NCBI GenBank assembly: GCA_034670305.1 | Contig: JAXMNT010000068.1 | Coordinates: 1-36,679, forward strand | Reading direction: 5' to 3' | Origin: Deltaproteobacteria bacterium | GTDB lineage: Bacteria > Myxococcota_A > Polyangia > Polyangiales > Houyiibacteriaceae | DNA length: 36,679 nt | Shown here: positions 8,694 to 18,364 of the stretch, one piece after another | How the letters are laid out: each line of letters starts with the position of its first letter | How positions within the stretch are numbered: the stretch's first letter is position 1 | The notes under the pieces: generated by a model | The model's input: the letters and a program-made list of their open reading frames with translations, nothing else | Database searches by the model: none | Told to the model about the DNA's origin: nothing | Made by a program: the position numbers and the translations under genes

Positions 8694-8714
8694 GATGTAC
8701 ACGAGATGTGCATC
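8694..8714. promoter_or_regulatory. Palindromic operator or enhancer (UAS)
   Basis: GATGTACA-CGAGA-TGTGCATC (1 mismatch from a perfect palindrome); a similar site lies at 34134-34150. Confidence 0.65.
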
Positions 8715-8785
8715 CGGTGGTCAACGATTGCCGATCTGCCGTGCGTATCACACGAATTGTTCAATGATTTCAGCAGGCTCGAAAC

Positions 8786-8801
8786 GGGCACGGCGCTCGC
8801 A
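8786..8801 (+). promoter_or_regulatory. Sigma54 -24/-12 promoter
   Basis: GGGCACGGCGCTCGCA has GG-N10-GC spacing and resembles TGGCAC-N5-TTGC; it is divergent from the bEBP gene. Confidence 0.7.
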
Positions 8802-8813
8802 ATGCAAGGCGAC

Positions 8814-10760
8814 ATGCTCGCCCTGCTTCGTTCCCGCCGCTTCGGACCGCTGTTCTTCACCCAGCTGCTCGGCGCCTTCAACGACAACCTCTTCAAGAGC
8901 GCGCTCGTCGTCGCGCTGACGTTCGGGGTGCTCGCCGAACAAGCCTCTGCGGTGGGGACCGGCGCGCTGGTGAACCTGGCGACGGCGCTGCTCGTCCTGC
9001 CGTTCTTCCTCTTCAGCGCGACCGCCGGACAGCTCGCCGACCGGTTCGACAAGGCGCGGCTCATTCGGTTCTTCAAACGCACCGAGCTCGCGGTCATGGC
9101 GCTCGCGGTGCTTGGCTTCGCGGTCTCGAGCGTGCCGCTCCTGTTCGTCTCGCTCTTCTTGATGGGCACCCAGTCCGCGTTCTTCGGGCCGGTGAAGTAC
9201 GCCGTGCTTCCGCAGCACCTCGAAGAGGGTCAGCTCGTCCGCGCCAACGGCCTCATCGAGATGGGCACCTTCGTCGCCATCCTCGCCGGCACCATGGTCG
9301 GCGCGCTCGTGGTCGCAATCCCCGCCGTCGGGCTCGTCGTGCTTTGCGCGATGCTCGTGCTCGTGGCGTTCGGCGGCATGGCCGCGGCCGCCCGGGTGCC
9401 CGAGGCGCCCGGTTCGGACCGCGTGACCATCGACCGCAACCCCGTCCGCGCGACCCGCGACACGCTCCGGGTCGCCGCCACCGACCGCGGCATCTTCTGG
9501 GCGATCGCGGGCAGCAGTTGGTTCTGGCTCGTCGGCGCGTTCGTGCTCGGTCAGATGCCGGCGCTCGCGTTGGAACTCGGTGCCGGCGAAGGCGGACTGA
9601 CCTGGCTGCTCTCCTGCTTCAGCGTCGGCATCGGGCTCGGCTCGGTGGCCTGCGAGAAGCTCAACCACCAAGGGCGCGCCACCCGGATGCCGCGCGTCGT
9701 CTTCATCGCATCCGCCGCCGGCGTCGCGATGGCCCTCGCGCTCTTCGTGCTCGCGTCGGTCACGACCCTCGCCGGTGCCTGCCTCGTGCTCTTCGCGCTC
9801 GGCGCGGCCGGCGGCGTGTTCATCGTGCCGCTCTACGCGACCATGCAGGGCCGCGCGAAACGTTCGGAGACCTCCCGCGTCATCGCGGCGAACAACATCG
9901 TCAACGCGGTGTTCATGGTGGCGGCGGCGGGCTACGCGACCTGGCGCCTCGGCAGCGCGAGCCTCGGACAGGTGATCGTCGAGATCGGCGTCGCCCAGCT
10001 CGTCGTATCCATCGGCGCCCTCGGCGCGGTCGGCCGCGACCTCTTCCGCCTCCTCTTCCGACGGACCATCCGCGCGATGTACCGAGTGGACGCGAAGGGG
10101 TTCGAGCACATCCCGATGGAGGGCGCGGGCCTGGTGATCTGCAACCACGAGTCGTTCGTCGATGCGTTCGTGGTCGGTGGCCTCGCGCCGCGCACCATGC
10201 GCTTCATCATGGACCACCGGATGGCCAAGTTGCCGGGCATGAAGACCTTCTTCCGCTATTCGAAGGCCATCCCGATCGCGCCGCGCAGCGAGGATGTGAA
10301 CGCGCTCTCGCGCGCGATGGATCTGGTGGACGAAGCGCTCGCGAACGGCGAACTCATCTGCATCTTCCCCGAGGGCAAGTGCACCCGCGATGGCGAAGTC
10401 GACGTGTTCAAGTCCGGGGTGGAGAAGATCCTCGCGCGCCGCCGCGCCGCCGGGCAGTCGGTGCCGGTCGTGCCGGTCGGCCTCCTCGGCCTCTGGGGCG
10501 GGTTCTTCAGCTACTTCCGCGGCTTCCCGATGAAGAGCCTGCGCAAGCGTGCCGCCGGAAGGCCGCTCCGCGCGCCGCTCCGTGTGCGGGTGGGCGCCGC
10601 GCTCCCGAGCACGACCTCCGCGAACGCATTGCGCGACGCGGTCCTCGCGCTCCGAGGCGAACAACCGGCCACGAGTGCAGCGGCCGAGACCGATCGGAGC
10701 GCACCGTCGGTCGAGCGCGGGCTAGAGGTCCAGCGGGCCCAGGTCTTGGCCCGCCGGTAG
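8814..10760 (+). CDS. LplT-like MFS transporter fused to a PlsC-type acyltransferase (Aas-like)
   Basis: FFTQLLGAFNDNLFK, GQLADRFDK and FFGPVKYAVLP in the MFS part; NHESFVD (HX4D) and IFPEG in the acyltransferase part. Start is uncertain (8802 or 8814). Confidence 0.9.
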   Translation: MLALLRSRRFGPLFFTQLLGAFNDNLFKSALVVALTFGVLAEQASAVGTGALVNLATALLVLPFFLFSATAGQLADRFDKARLIRFFKRTELAVMALAVLGFAVSSVPLLFVSLFLMGTQSAFFGPVKYAVLPQHLEEGQLVRANGLIEMGTFVAILAGTMVGALVVAIPAVGLVVLCAMLVLVAFGGMAAAARVPEAPGSDRVTIDRNPVRATRDTLRVAATDRGIFWAIAGSSWFWLVGAFVLGQMPALALELGAGEGGLTWLLSCFSVGIGLGSVACEKLNHQGRATRMPRVVFIASAAGVAMALALFVLASVTTLAGACLVLFALGAAGGVFIVPLYATMQGRAKRSETSRVIAANNIVNAVFMVAAAGYATWRLGSASLGQVIVEIGVAQLVVSIGALGAVGRDLFRLLFRRTIRAMYRVDAKGFEHIPMEGAGLVICNHESFVDAFVVGGLAPRTMRFIMDHRMAKLPGMKTFFRYSKAIPIAPRSEDVNALSRAMDLVDEALANGELICIFPEGKCTRDGEVDVFKSGVEKILARRRAAGQSVPVVPVGLLGLWGGFFSYFRGFPMKSLRKRAAGRPLRAPLRVRVGAALPSTTSANALRDAVLALRGEQPATSAAAETDRSAPSVERGLEVQRAQVLARR

Positions 10761-11495
10761 GATCGCGCGCATCGCGTCGGTGCGGAACATCGCGGTCGGG
10801 GAACGTTCGTGCAGCCCGAGCTGACGCGCGACCTCGGCGCTCTGGCCCGCGCCCGTGACCTCGAGACGGCTGCCCCCACCGCGGCACCAGCGGGCACGGT
10901 GGCCGACCTGGATGTGCGTCCGGATCAGCCGGCCGTCGTTCACCGAGAACGTCACGAAGGGGAGCCCGGCCATGGTCGGACCGAAGCCGCGCTTGGCGTC
11001 GATGCGCAGCTCCCCGCCGAGGTCGATCTGCGCGTCCTTCTCACCGAACTCGGTCGCGATGTCGGTCACGTACTTCGGGTAGCCCCAGATCTCGGCGCCC
11101 GCCGCCCGCGCCGCTTCGGTCGTCACCGGGAGGGTGAGCACGAGCAGAGCCTGGTCCGGCTCCTTCACCATCTGAGACGCGAGCGTCTTCGCGACCGAGG
11201 GGTTCGTGCCGCGCCGCTTCACGTGCACCCCGATGCCGAGCTCGTTGTACACCCCGACGCTCGTCTCTCGGTACTCGAACGAGACCACCAGCCCCATGAC
11301 CCGACCCAGGATGGTCATCGGCTCGAACGCGGCGGCACCCGGCACCACCGAGTGGTCCAGTGCCTCCTGCACCCGGCTCGGCTTCAGCCAGTAGACCAGC
11401 CCGAGCAGGCTCGCGTCGGTGTACAGAATCGGCAGAGGACACGGACCCACGGAGGTCGAACGGTCGGACTGCTGCACGGACTGGAAGAACTGCAT
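10722..11495 (-). CDS. Acetoacetate decarboxylase-like family protein
   Basis: YRETSVGVYNELGIG and LPVT...GAEIWGYPK (Schiff-base Lys region); its 3' end overlaps the convergent MFS gene by 39 nt. Confidence 0.8.
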   Translation of the reverse strand: MQFFQSVQQSDRSTSVGPCPLPILYTDASLLGLVYWLKPSRVQEALDHSVVPGAAAFEPMTILGRVMGLVVSFEYRETSVGVYNELGIGVHVKRRGTNPSVAKTLASQMVKEPDQALLVLTLPVTTEAARAAGAEIWGYPKYVTDIATEFGEKDAQIDLGGELRIDAKRGFGPTMAGLPFVTFSVNDGRLIRTHIQVGHRARWCRGGGSRLEVTGAGQSAEVARQLGLHERSPTAMFRTDAMRAILPAGQDLGPLDL

Positions 11496-11535
11496 CCCAC
11501 TTCGTACGACCGAACCTCCGCTGCGGATCGCCGAC

Positions 11536-11576
11536 GGCCGCCAGTCCCGCGAAGCGGGCCAGGCCCGTAGTGCAGT
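11536..11576 (+). repeat. REP-like GAA-loop hairpin, copy 2
   Basis: Matches 374-415 with compensatory stem changes. Confidence 0.7.
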
Positions 11577-11956
11577 TAAAGAAGCTGAAGGGTGACGCGG
11601 ATGGTCCAGTCGGCTGGGGCGCGGTCGATGCCCGACACCACCGCACCCGCGTCTCGGACGACCACCACATCCCCCGAGTGCAGCACGAAGCGGTACTCTT
11701 GCCCGTCCACGACGATCGCTTGCAGCCGCCCGAGCGCGTCGTGTTTGAGGCCGATCACCCGGCAGCGGATCCGATGCCGCGGTCGGTCGAGTGCGGTCGC
11801 CATCACGACGAATCCACCCGAGGGCGCGGGGAAGGGTCCGCGCACGTCGAAGTCGCCTTCTTGGCCGTGGGCCACGCTCTGGTCCTGGCCGAACCAGCGC
11901 GGCGCCCAAAACGCCTCGAAGACCTGCACACCCGGCGGCGGATTCGACGTGCTCAT
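11576..11956 (-). CDS. Hypothetical protein
   Basis: ATGA overlap with the helicase stop; normal amino-acid composition. Confidence 0.65.
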   Translation of the reverse strand: MSTSNPPPGVQVFEAFWAPRWFGQDQSVAHGQEGDFDVRGPFPAPSGGFVVMATALDRPRHRIRCRVIGLKHDALGRLQAIVVDGQEYRFVLHSGDVVVVRDAGAVVSGIDRAPADWTIRVTLQLL

Positions 11957-13995
11957 CCGCGAAGCCTCGCGAGAAACTCCCTCGCCTTCGCCGCCATCTC
12001 CTCCGGATCGAGCTCCTTCTCGCCTTCGGTCCGGTAGGTCTCCCAGGCGTCGTCCGGGAAACCTTCCAGAAAGCGGCTCGGGATCCTCGGCGTCACCTTG
12101 CCACGCAACGTCTTGCGCTCCGGGCGGGTGAGGTAGAGCAGTTCGCGCGCCCGCGTGATGCCGACGTAGAAGAGGCGGCGCTCTTCGTCGACGTCGGTCG
12201 GCGCCGCTTCGGTCAACTTTGGATCGACGGTGCGCGCGTGCGGCATCGTGCCTTCGACGCAGCCGATGAGAAACACGACTTCGAACTCGAGCCCCTTGGC
12301 CGAGTGCAGCGACGAGAGCGTGACCATGTTGTCTTTGTCGCCCTCCTCCTCGTTCTCGAACCGAAGCGTCAGCTGGGTGAGCAGCTGGTTGAGTGTGAGC
12401 TTGTTCTTCTGCTCGTAGCGCTCGAACGCCCGCAGCAAGAAGAAGAGGTTCTCGCGGCGGCGTTTGCCCTGCGCCGAGTCGTCCTTCGCGATCGACGCGG
12501 CGAGCCCGGTCTCATCGAGCAACCCTTGGGTGACCTGCACGAGCGACTGCTTGGCGTCGAGCGCGCGCCGCGCGTTGTCGATCGCCGCGAACACCGACAT
12601 CACGCCGCGGCGCGCCTGGTTCGAGAGTTCGCCATCGATCGCGGCGGCACGCAGCGCGCGGTGGAAGGACAAGTTGCGGCGGGCGGCGTAGGCTTTGACC
12701 TTCTTGAGGGTCGCTTCGCCGATGCCGCGTGTCGGCACATTGAGCACGCGGCGGAGCGAGAGCTCGTCGCGTTCGTTGTCGACGACCTTCAGGTACGCGA
12801 TGACGTCCTTGACCTCTTTGCGGTCGAAGAACTGGGTCCCGCCGTAGAGGCGGTATGGGATGCCGGCGATGCGGAGCTCCTCTTCGATGAGGCGGCCCTG
12901 GGTGTTGCTTCGGTACAGCACCGCGCAGTGTCCGTAGCGAAAGAGCCGCTGCCCAGGCGAGTTCGGCCCGCCCTTGGCGAGCTGGATGATCTCGCGGGTG
13001 ACGAGCTTCGCTTCTTCGGCCGCATCCGGCGTGGCCACGACGCGCACCTTCGGACCGGGGCCGCGCACCGCACGCAGCTGCTTCTCGTGGCGCTTGCCGC
13101 GCGACTGCGAGATGACCGCGTTGGCGACCGCGATGATGGGTTCTCGGCAGCGGTAACACTCTTCGAGTTTCACGATCGTCGCGCCGCCGAAGTGGCGCTC
13201 GAAGTCGAGGATGTTGCCGACCTCGGCGCCGCGCCATCCGTAGATCGACTGGTCGTCGTCGCCGACGACGCACACGTTCTTGCTCGCGCCGACCAAGAGC
13301 CGCACGAGCTCGAGCTGACTGCGGTTGGTGTCCTGAAACTCATCGACGAGCAGATGGCGGAAGCGGGCGCGCCACTTCTCGCGCACGTCTTCGTGGGCCT
13401 GGAGGATGCGCGCGGGTGCGACGACGAGATCGTCGAAGTCCACCGCGTGCATGTTCGCGAGTTGCTCTTGGTAGATGGGGTACACCTGCTGGGCGACCTC
13501 GTCGTACTCGTACGTGCTCGTCTTCACTTCTTCCGGGCGCAAGAACGCGTTCTTCCAAAGCGAGATGCGCTGCAGGACCGCAGGAATGTCGAGCGACCGG
13601 TCGGAGACCTGAAGGTCGCGCAGGATCTCCCGCACGAGCCCGAGCGCGTCGCCCTGATCGAAGATCACGAACCGCGTGCCGTACCCGAGCCGCTTCGACT
13701 CTTCGCGCAGAAAGCGCACGCCGAAGCTGTGGAAGGTCGAGAGCCAGAGTTTCTCGCACGCGGCTTTGCCGATCAGCGGCACCATGCGTTCGCCCATCTC
13801 GGCGGCGGCTTTGTTCGTGAAGCTCACCGCGAAGATCGTGGACGGATGGTTGCCGCGCTCGATCAGCTTGGCGATGCGGTGCGTGATGACGCGCGTCTTG
13901 CCGCTGCCCGCGCCGGCGAGCACCAGCAGCGGTCCACTGCCGTGTTCGACGGCGCTCTGCTGAGCGCGGTTGAGTCCGGGGCCCTTCTTCGCCAA
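11953..13995 (-). CDS. UvrD/Rep/PcrA superfamily-1 DNA helicase
   Basis: AGAGSGKT, DEFQDTN, VVGDDDQSIYGWRGA, LHSAKGLEF and EERRLFYVGITRA; the short C-terminus is Rep-like. Confidence 0.95.
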   Translation of the reverse strand: MAKKGPGLNRAQQSAVEHGSGPLLVLAGAGSGKTRVITHRIAKLIERGNHPSTIFAVSFTNKAAAEMGERMVPLIGKAACEKLWLSTFHSFGVRFLREESKRLGYGTRFVIFDQGDALGLVREILRDLQVSDRSLDIPAVLQRISLWKNAFLRPEEVKTSTYEYDEVAQQVYPIYQEQLANMHAVDFDDLVVAPARILQAHEDVREKWRARFRHLLVDEFQDTNRSQLELVRLLVGASKNVCVVGDDDQSIYGWRGAEVGNILDFERHFGGATIVKLEECYRCREPIIAVANAVISQSRGKRHEKQLRAVRGPGPKVRVVATPDAAEEAKLVTREIIQLAKGGPNSPGQRLFRYGHCAVLYRSNTQGRLIEEELRIAGIPYRLYGGTQFFDRKEVKDVIAYLKVVDNERDELSLRRVLNVPTRGIGEATLKKVKAYAARRNLSFHRALRAAAIDGELSNQARRGVMSVFAAIDNARRALDAKQSLVQVTQGLLDETGLAASIAKDDSAQGKRRRENLFFLLRAFERYEQKNKLTLNQLLTQLTLRFENEEEGDKDNMVTLSSLHSAKGLEFEVVFLIGCVEGTMPHARTVDPKLTEAAPTDVDEERRLFYVGITRARELLYLTRPERKTLRGKVTPRIPSRFLEGFPDDAWETYRTEGEKELDPEEMAAKAREFLARLRG

Positions 13996-14086
13996 CTCAG
14001 CGTCCTGCCTTGTGGAGGGCCACGATCTGGAGAGCCAGAACCTCCGACCGCCGAAGGGGCGTCATGTGCGCGGGGTGCCGCATCGC

Positions 14087-15244
14087 TCAGACGACGTCGA
14101 ACCGGAGTCCAGCGTTTCGAAGGCGCGCGAGGAGCGGTTCGCCAAGGCCGGTGACCGTGGTCAGTACGCCGGCGCGCGCCGGCAACTGGTCGCGGTCGAG
14201 GGCCAGACACAGGGCCGACTCGGCGACCATCTTGGACGTTTCCGTGTATCCGGGGTCCGCGCCACCGACGATCACCTTCGCGGTGGTTCCGTCCGCGCTC
14301 TCGCCGAGGAAGACGACTTCGAACCAGGACTTCGCGCGCTCTTCTGGGGGCGGCCCGTCGCCCGGTGCTTTGACCTTCAAGAGTAGGTTCCGGGTCACCG
14401 CGAGCTGGGAGCCGACCAAGATCGCGCCGAGCCCCACCGCGCCGAGCGCGAGCGTCGAGACCTTCTTCACCCGCGCGTAGTGGCCGTACCGAAAGTGCGG
14501 TCCGTACTCCGGCAACGTGGCGGCGCTCCGCAGCACGACCTCGGGATCGATGGTCGGGAGTGGCACCGCGAAACAGTCGAGGCGCGGCTCTCGGTGCACG
14601 CCGCTCTTGACGCCGCCCACGCGTCGGCCATCGGTCGCCGGCTCTCGGGGCGGACGCCGCTGACCGGTCTCCCGGAGGCGGCTCATCGCGTTGATCGCGG
14701 AGTGCCAGGTGCCGCCGCTGAAGGTGCCCTTGCTGCGCACGAACCCTTCGACCTTCATCGGCTGGTCGGACGGAAGCGCGCGCGCGCACAACCACGCGCC
14801 GAAGTCGTGCGGGATCGAGTCGAACCCGCAGCAACTCACGAGGCGCACGCCCGCCGCCTCCGCCGCGTCATGGTACTTGGCGCGCGTCATGTCGACGAAC
14901 TCCGGCTCGCCGGTGATGTCGCAGTAGTCGGTGCCCTCAGCGACACACGCGGCGACGAGCGGCTCGCCGTAGCGGGCGTAAGGCCCGACGGTCGAGAGCA
15001 CGACACGGGTGCGTGCCGCCATCGCCGCCAAGCTGCTCGGGCTGTTGCTGTCGGCGACGATGCGGGCGACGTCGTCGCTCAGACCAGCTTCCGCCGCGAC
15101 CTTCTCCAGCTTGCGCTCGGTGCGGCCGGCGATCGCCCAGCGGAACGAGGCGTTCTTGGACCGCTCGGCCAGGTACTGCGCGACGAGCGTGCCGGTGAAT
15201 CCGGTCGCTCCGTAGACGACGACGTCGAAGTCTCGATCAGCCAT
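14087..15244 (-). CDS. Saccharopine dehydrogenase-like oxidoreductase (trans-acting enoyl reductase family)
   Basis: VVYGATGFTG, VGPYARYGEP, YCDITGE, CGFDSIPHD and DPGYTETSKM. Confidence 0.9.
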   Translation of the reverse strand: MADRDFDVVVYGATGFTGTLVAQYLAERSKNASFRWAIAGRTERKLEKVAAEAGLSDDVARIVADSNSPSSLAAMAARTRVVLSTVGPYARYGEPLVAACVAEGTDYCDITGEPEFVDMTRAKYHDAAEAAGVRLVSCCGFDSIPHDFGAWLCARALPSDQPMKVEGFVRSKGTFSGGTWHSAINAMSRLRETGQRRPPREPATDGRRVGGVKSGVHREPRLDCFAVPLPTIDPEVVLRSAATLPEYGPHFRYGHYARVKKVSTLALGAVGLGAILVGSQLAVTRNLLLKVKAPGDGPPPEERAKSWFEVVFLGESADGTTAKVIVGGADPGYTETSKMVAESALCLALDRDQLPARAGVLTTVTGLGEPLLARLRNAGLRFDVV

Positions 15245-15272
15245 GGTTCACACTCACTCTCGGTTGACTCAA

Positions 15273-15905
15273 CTACTGAACGACCGGACGGCCGCTCTTC
15301 TCGACCGTCTCGGGGGTGGCCGTCTTGGAGACGAACTGCAGCGCCGTCTTCACCCCGAGTGCGGTGAGCGCGACGCCCACGGTGAGGGCGCCGACGTAGC
15401 TCCAGACGATCGTGGTGACGTGCCCGCCCGGGAGCGTGGCCCCCGCGAACAGGACCCATACGATGAACACCCACACGAGGAGGTACGCGATCGTCTGTTT
15501 GAGCAAGCGCGACATCTCGTCGCGGAGCGACAACAAGAGATGCGCGACCCGCATCTGTTTGATCGCGACGCTCATCGCGATGCCCGCGAGGAAGACGACG
15601 ACGAGGGACACCCACCCGTCGCTCATCAATGCGCTCTGCCGGAACGCGAGCACGGTGAGCACGACCGGGGCGAGGGTGGCCGGAAACCCGAGCACCCCGA
15701 GCGTGAACGAGACCGCGGCCGCAATGCGGACCAGGATGGGCGTCTTGGCCTTCGCCCACACCTCGGTCGATCCTTCGCGGTAGGCGCCTTCGCCGGTGCT
15801 GGCCAGACGCGCGTCGAATCGGTCCCCGTGCCGCATCACCGTCATGTCGACGACGAGCAAGACGGCGGCCAGGACACAGAAGATTCCGACGACGACGACA
15901 CCCAC
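15273..15905 (-). CDS. Hypothetical multi-pass membrane protein
   Basis: About five hydrophobic segments; fills the gap between co-oriented genes. Confidence 0.65.
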   Translation of the reverse strand: MGVVVVGIFCVLAAVLLVVDMTVMRHGDRFDARLASTGEGAYREGSTEVWAKAKTPILVRIAAAVSFTLGVLGFPATLAPVVLTVLAFRQSALMSDGWVSLVVVFLAGIAMSVAIKQMRVAHLLLSLRDEMSRLLKQTIAYLLVWVFIVWVLFAGATLPGGHVTTIVWSYVGALTVGVALTALGVKTALQFVSKTATPETVEKSGRPVVQ

Positions 15906-15913
15906 GGCGGCGG

Positions 15914-16885
15914 TTATACCGTCTGCGCGTCCGCGTACCAGGCGGCGGTTTGGCGGAGGCCTTCTTCGAGGCTGGTCTTCGCGCGTACCCCGAAGATCTC
16001 GAACAATCGGTCCACGACCGCCTGCGAGTCGCGGATCTCTCCGGCACGCGCCTCCGCGTACTCGATCGCCCGATCGGACCCGCAGACCTTCTGGATGGCT
16101 TCCGCCAGTTGCTGCACGGTGACCGTGTGGCCGGTCCCGACGTTGCAGGGCGGCGTGGCCTCGGCGTGGTCGAGCGCCGCCACGATCGCGGTGGCCACAT
16201 CGCCCACGTACACGAAATCGCGGGTCTGCTGGCCATCGCCGTAGATGCGCAGCTGCGCTTTGCGGAGCGAACGATCGAGGAAGATGGAGATCACGCCCGA
16301 GTAGGCGCTGCTCGGATCCTGACGCGGGCCGTACACGTTGAAGAAGCGGAGCGGCGACGTCGGCACGCCGAGCACCGCCGCGTACATGTGCAGCCAGTGT
16401 TCGCCCGCGAGTTTGTCGATGCCGTAGGGCGAGAGCGGCGCCTTGCCGACGTCTTCGGGTGTCGGGACCACAGCCGTGTCGCCGTAGACCGCGGCCGAAC
16501 TGGCGAACACCACTTTGCGCGACTGCACGGCGCGCGCGTGTTCGAGCACTTCGACGACGCCTTTGCCGTTGACGCGCAGGTCCTCGAGCGGGTCGTCGAT
16601 CGACTTCATGACCGAGACCTGCGCGCCGAGGTGCACGGTTCGGGTGAGCGGCCCGAGCTCCGCTTCGATCGGCGCGAGCGTGGCACGCAGCCCTTCGGCG
16701 AGGTCCGCTTCGACCAGCCGGACCGACGGCTCGGCGGCGTCGAGGTGGTGCGCGAGGTTGCGGCGGTGACCGGAGCTCAAGTCGTCGACGACCACCACGC
16801 GTTCGCCGCGCGCCACCAGGCGGTCGACCACGTGCGACCCGATGAACCCCGCCCCCCCGGTGACCAGAATAGGCTGCGTCTTCAT
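15914..16885 (-). CDS. NAD-dependent epimerase/dehydratase (UDP-glucose 4-epimerase-like)
   Basis: VTGGAGFIGSH, ASSAAVYG, YGIDK (YxxxK), RFFNVYGPRQ and RDFVYVGDVA. Confidence 0.93.
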   Translation of the reverse strand: MKTQPILVTGGAGFIGSHVVDRLVARGERVVVVDDLSSGHRRNLAHHLDAAEPSVRLVEADLAEGLRATLAPIEAELGPLTRTVHLGAQVSVMKSIDDPLEDLRVNGKGVVEVLEHARAVQSRKVVFASSAAVYGDTAVVPTPEDVGKAPLSPYGIDKLAGEHWLHMYAAVLGVPTSPLRFFNVYGPRQDPSSAYSGVISIFLDRSLRKAQLRIYGDGQQTRDFVYVGDVATAIVAALDHAEATPPCNVGTGHTVTVQQLAEAIQKVCGSDRAIEYAEARAGEIRDSQAVVDRLFEIFGVRAKTSLEEGLRQTAAWYADAQTV

Positions 16886-17059
16886 GGCCGCCGGTCTAGC
16901 AGGTTGCGGTCCGGGCGCCCGTCTTCCGCCTCCATGAACCCGATGGGTGGTTGGGGTCCGTCTGGGGATGCATGGATGGGTGAAAGGGTGGCGCATGCGT
17001 GGGCGGCGCGTGAAGGTGGGTCAGGTGGCGCGGGCGGCCGGCGCCTCTACACTCGCGCG

Positions 17060-17638
17060 ATGAAGGCCATTGCACTCTTGTTGTCCTGTCTCGGGCTCGT
17101 TGCATGCGGGGACGACGACATGTCGGCCGATGCGGGCGACATCGACGCCAACCTCTGCTCCGCCAGCGTGGAGTGCGACGACGGGTTCTTCTGCAACGGC
17201 CGCGAAGAGTGCGACCCGGGCGCCATCGGCGCGAACGCGATGGGGTGTTTGCGCGGCCCCGACCCCTGTGCGGCCACCGACGTGTGCATGGAAGCGACCG
17301 ACGAGTGCCGCGACCCCTGCGGCACCCTCGACCGCGACGGCGACGGCCAGAACTCACTCGACTGCGGCGGACTCGACTGCGACGACGACGACGCGCGTCG
17401 CTTCAACGGCAACCCCGAGGTCTGCGACGCACTGAACGTCGACGAAGACTGCGACCCAACCACCTTCGGCGAGAAGGACTCCGACGGCGACGGCTTCCTC
17501 GACGCCGCCTGTTGCAACATGGGCACCTGCGGCAACGACTGCGACGACTCCGAAGCGGGCACCTTCCCCGGCGCCGAAGAGATCTGCGGCAACGAGATCG
17601 ACGAGAACTGCAACGGCTCGGTCGACGACGAATGCTGA
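17060..17638 (+). CDS. Cys/Asp-rich lipoprotein with MopE-like putative metal-binding repeats
   Basis: Lipobox LVAC-GDDD; repeats D.DGDG...DCDD...PE.C...D.DC. Confidence 0.8.
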   Translation: MKAIALLLSCLGLVACGDDDMSADAGDIDANLCSASVECDDGFFCNGREECDPGAIGANAMGCLRGPDPCAATDVCMEATDECRDPCGTLDRDGDGQNSLDCGGLDCDDDDARRFNGNPEVCDALNVDEDCDPTTFGEKDSDGDGFLDAACCNMGTCGNDCDDSEAGTFPGAEEICGNEIDENCNGSVDDEC

Positions 17639-17658
17639 AGTAGCTTTCGCGCGATACA

Positions 17659-17805
17659 GGAAGCGGTCGCGGTGCAGCGGTCGCGGATTCGGAAGCGGTC
17701 GCGGAAGCGGAAGCGGAAGCGGTCACGGACGCGGTCTCGGTCGCGGTGGCGGAAGCGGAAGCGGTCGCGGAAGCGGTCGCGGAAGCGGAAGCGGAAGCGG
17801 AGCGG
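17659..17805. repeat. Hexamer tandem repeat (GCGGAA/GCGGTC)n
   Basis: Directly visible in the sequence. Confidence 0.9.
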
Positions 17806-17952
17806 CCGACGCCCAGATGGACGCCGGCCTCACCGTCAGCGCGGAGACCCCTGTCTGAAGACACGCTTGATCACCCGCCGGGCAACCCGCCCCGACGGAG
17901 ACGACGCAAGATGCTCTCGCGGAAACCGACACGGAAGGGGAGCATGTCCAGT

Positions 17953-17983
17953 CGGCTTCGGCTTCGGCTTCGGCTTCGGCTTC
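17953..17983. repeat. (CGGCTT)5 tandem repeat
   Basis: Directly visible in the sequence. Confidence 0.85.
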
Positions 17984-18325
17984 CCCGCTGCGACAGCGCC
18001 TCGGCGGTGTCGTTCACACCGCGACGAAACGCCGATTGAGACCCCATGCAGAGGCCCGAGCGTCCGCTGCTGCTGGGGCGGACGACGCCGGAGTCGCGGT
18101 GTAGCCAATAGGGCGGCGGGGTTCCGGCTGGGAGCGGCTGCGCGCTGACGGCACCCGCCAAGCAGCGCGTCCGGGGGGCTTCTTTGCAGATGCACCATGC
18201 TGCTGCACCGCTTTGAACTGCCGTGTTCGGAGGACCGCCGTTCGTTGCCCGGCGGGCGGCACAAAGCGCAGCGTCCGACCCGCGTCGCCGGTGCTCAGAA
18301 AGTGGCTGCGCAAGCGACAAAGTAC

Positions 18326-18353
18326 TTGAAACGATGGCCGAATCTGATATGTT
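18326..18353 (+). promoter_or_regulatory. Possible sigma70 promoter of the transposase
   Basis: TTGAAA-N16-TATGTT with an extended -10 TG, in an AT-rich patch 11 nt before the ATG. Confidence 0.4.
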
Positions 18354-18364
18354 AGCCTAGTCAA

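Noticed and set aside
11953-13995. Helicase as a defence component (e.g. Gabija GajB)
   Set aside because: It is full-length and Rep/PcrA-like with no adjacent OLD nuclease, so a housekeeping role is more likely.
11791-14154. 787-aa plus-strand ORF
   Set aside because: Antisense shadow of the helicase gene.
17672-18148. RS/RK- or AE-repeat ORFs
   Set aside because: Translations of non-coding hexamer arrays.
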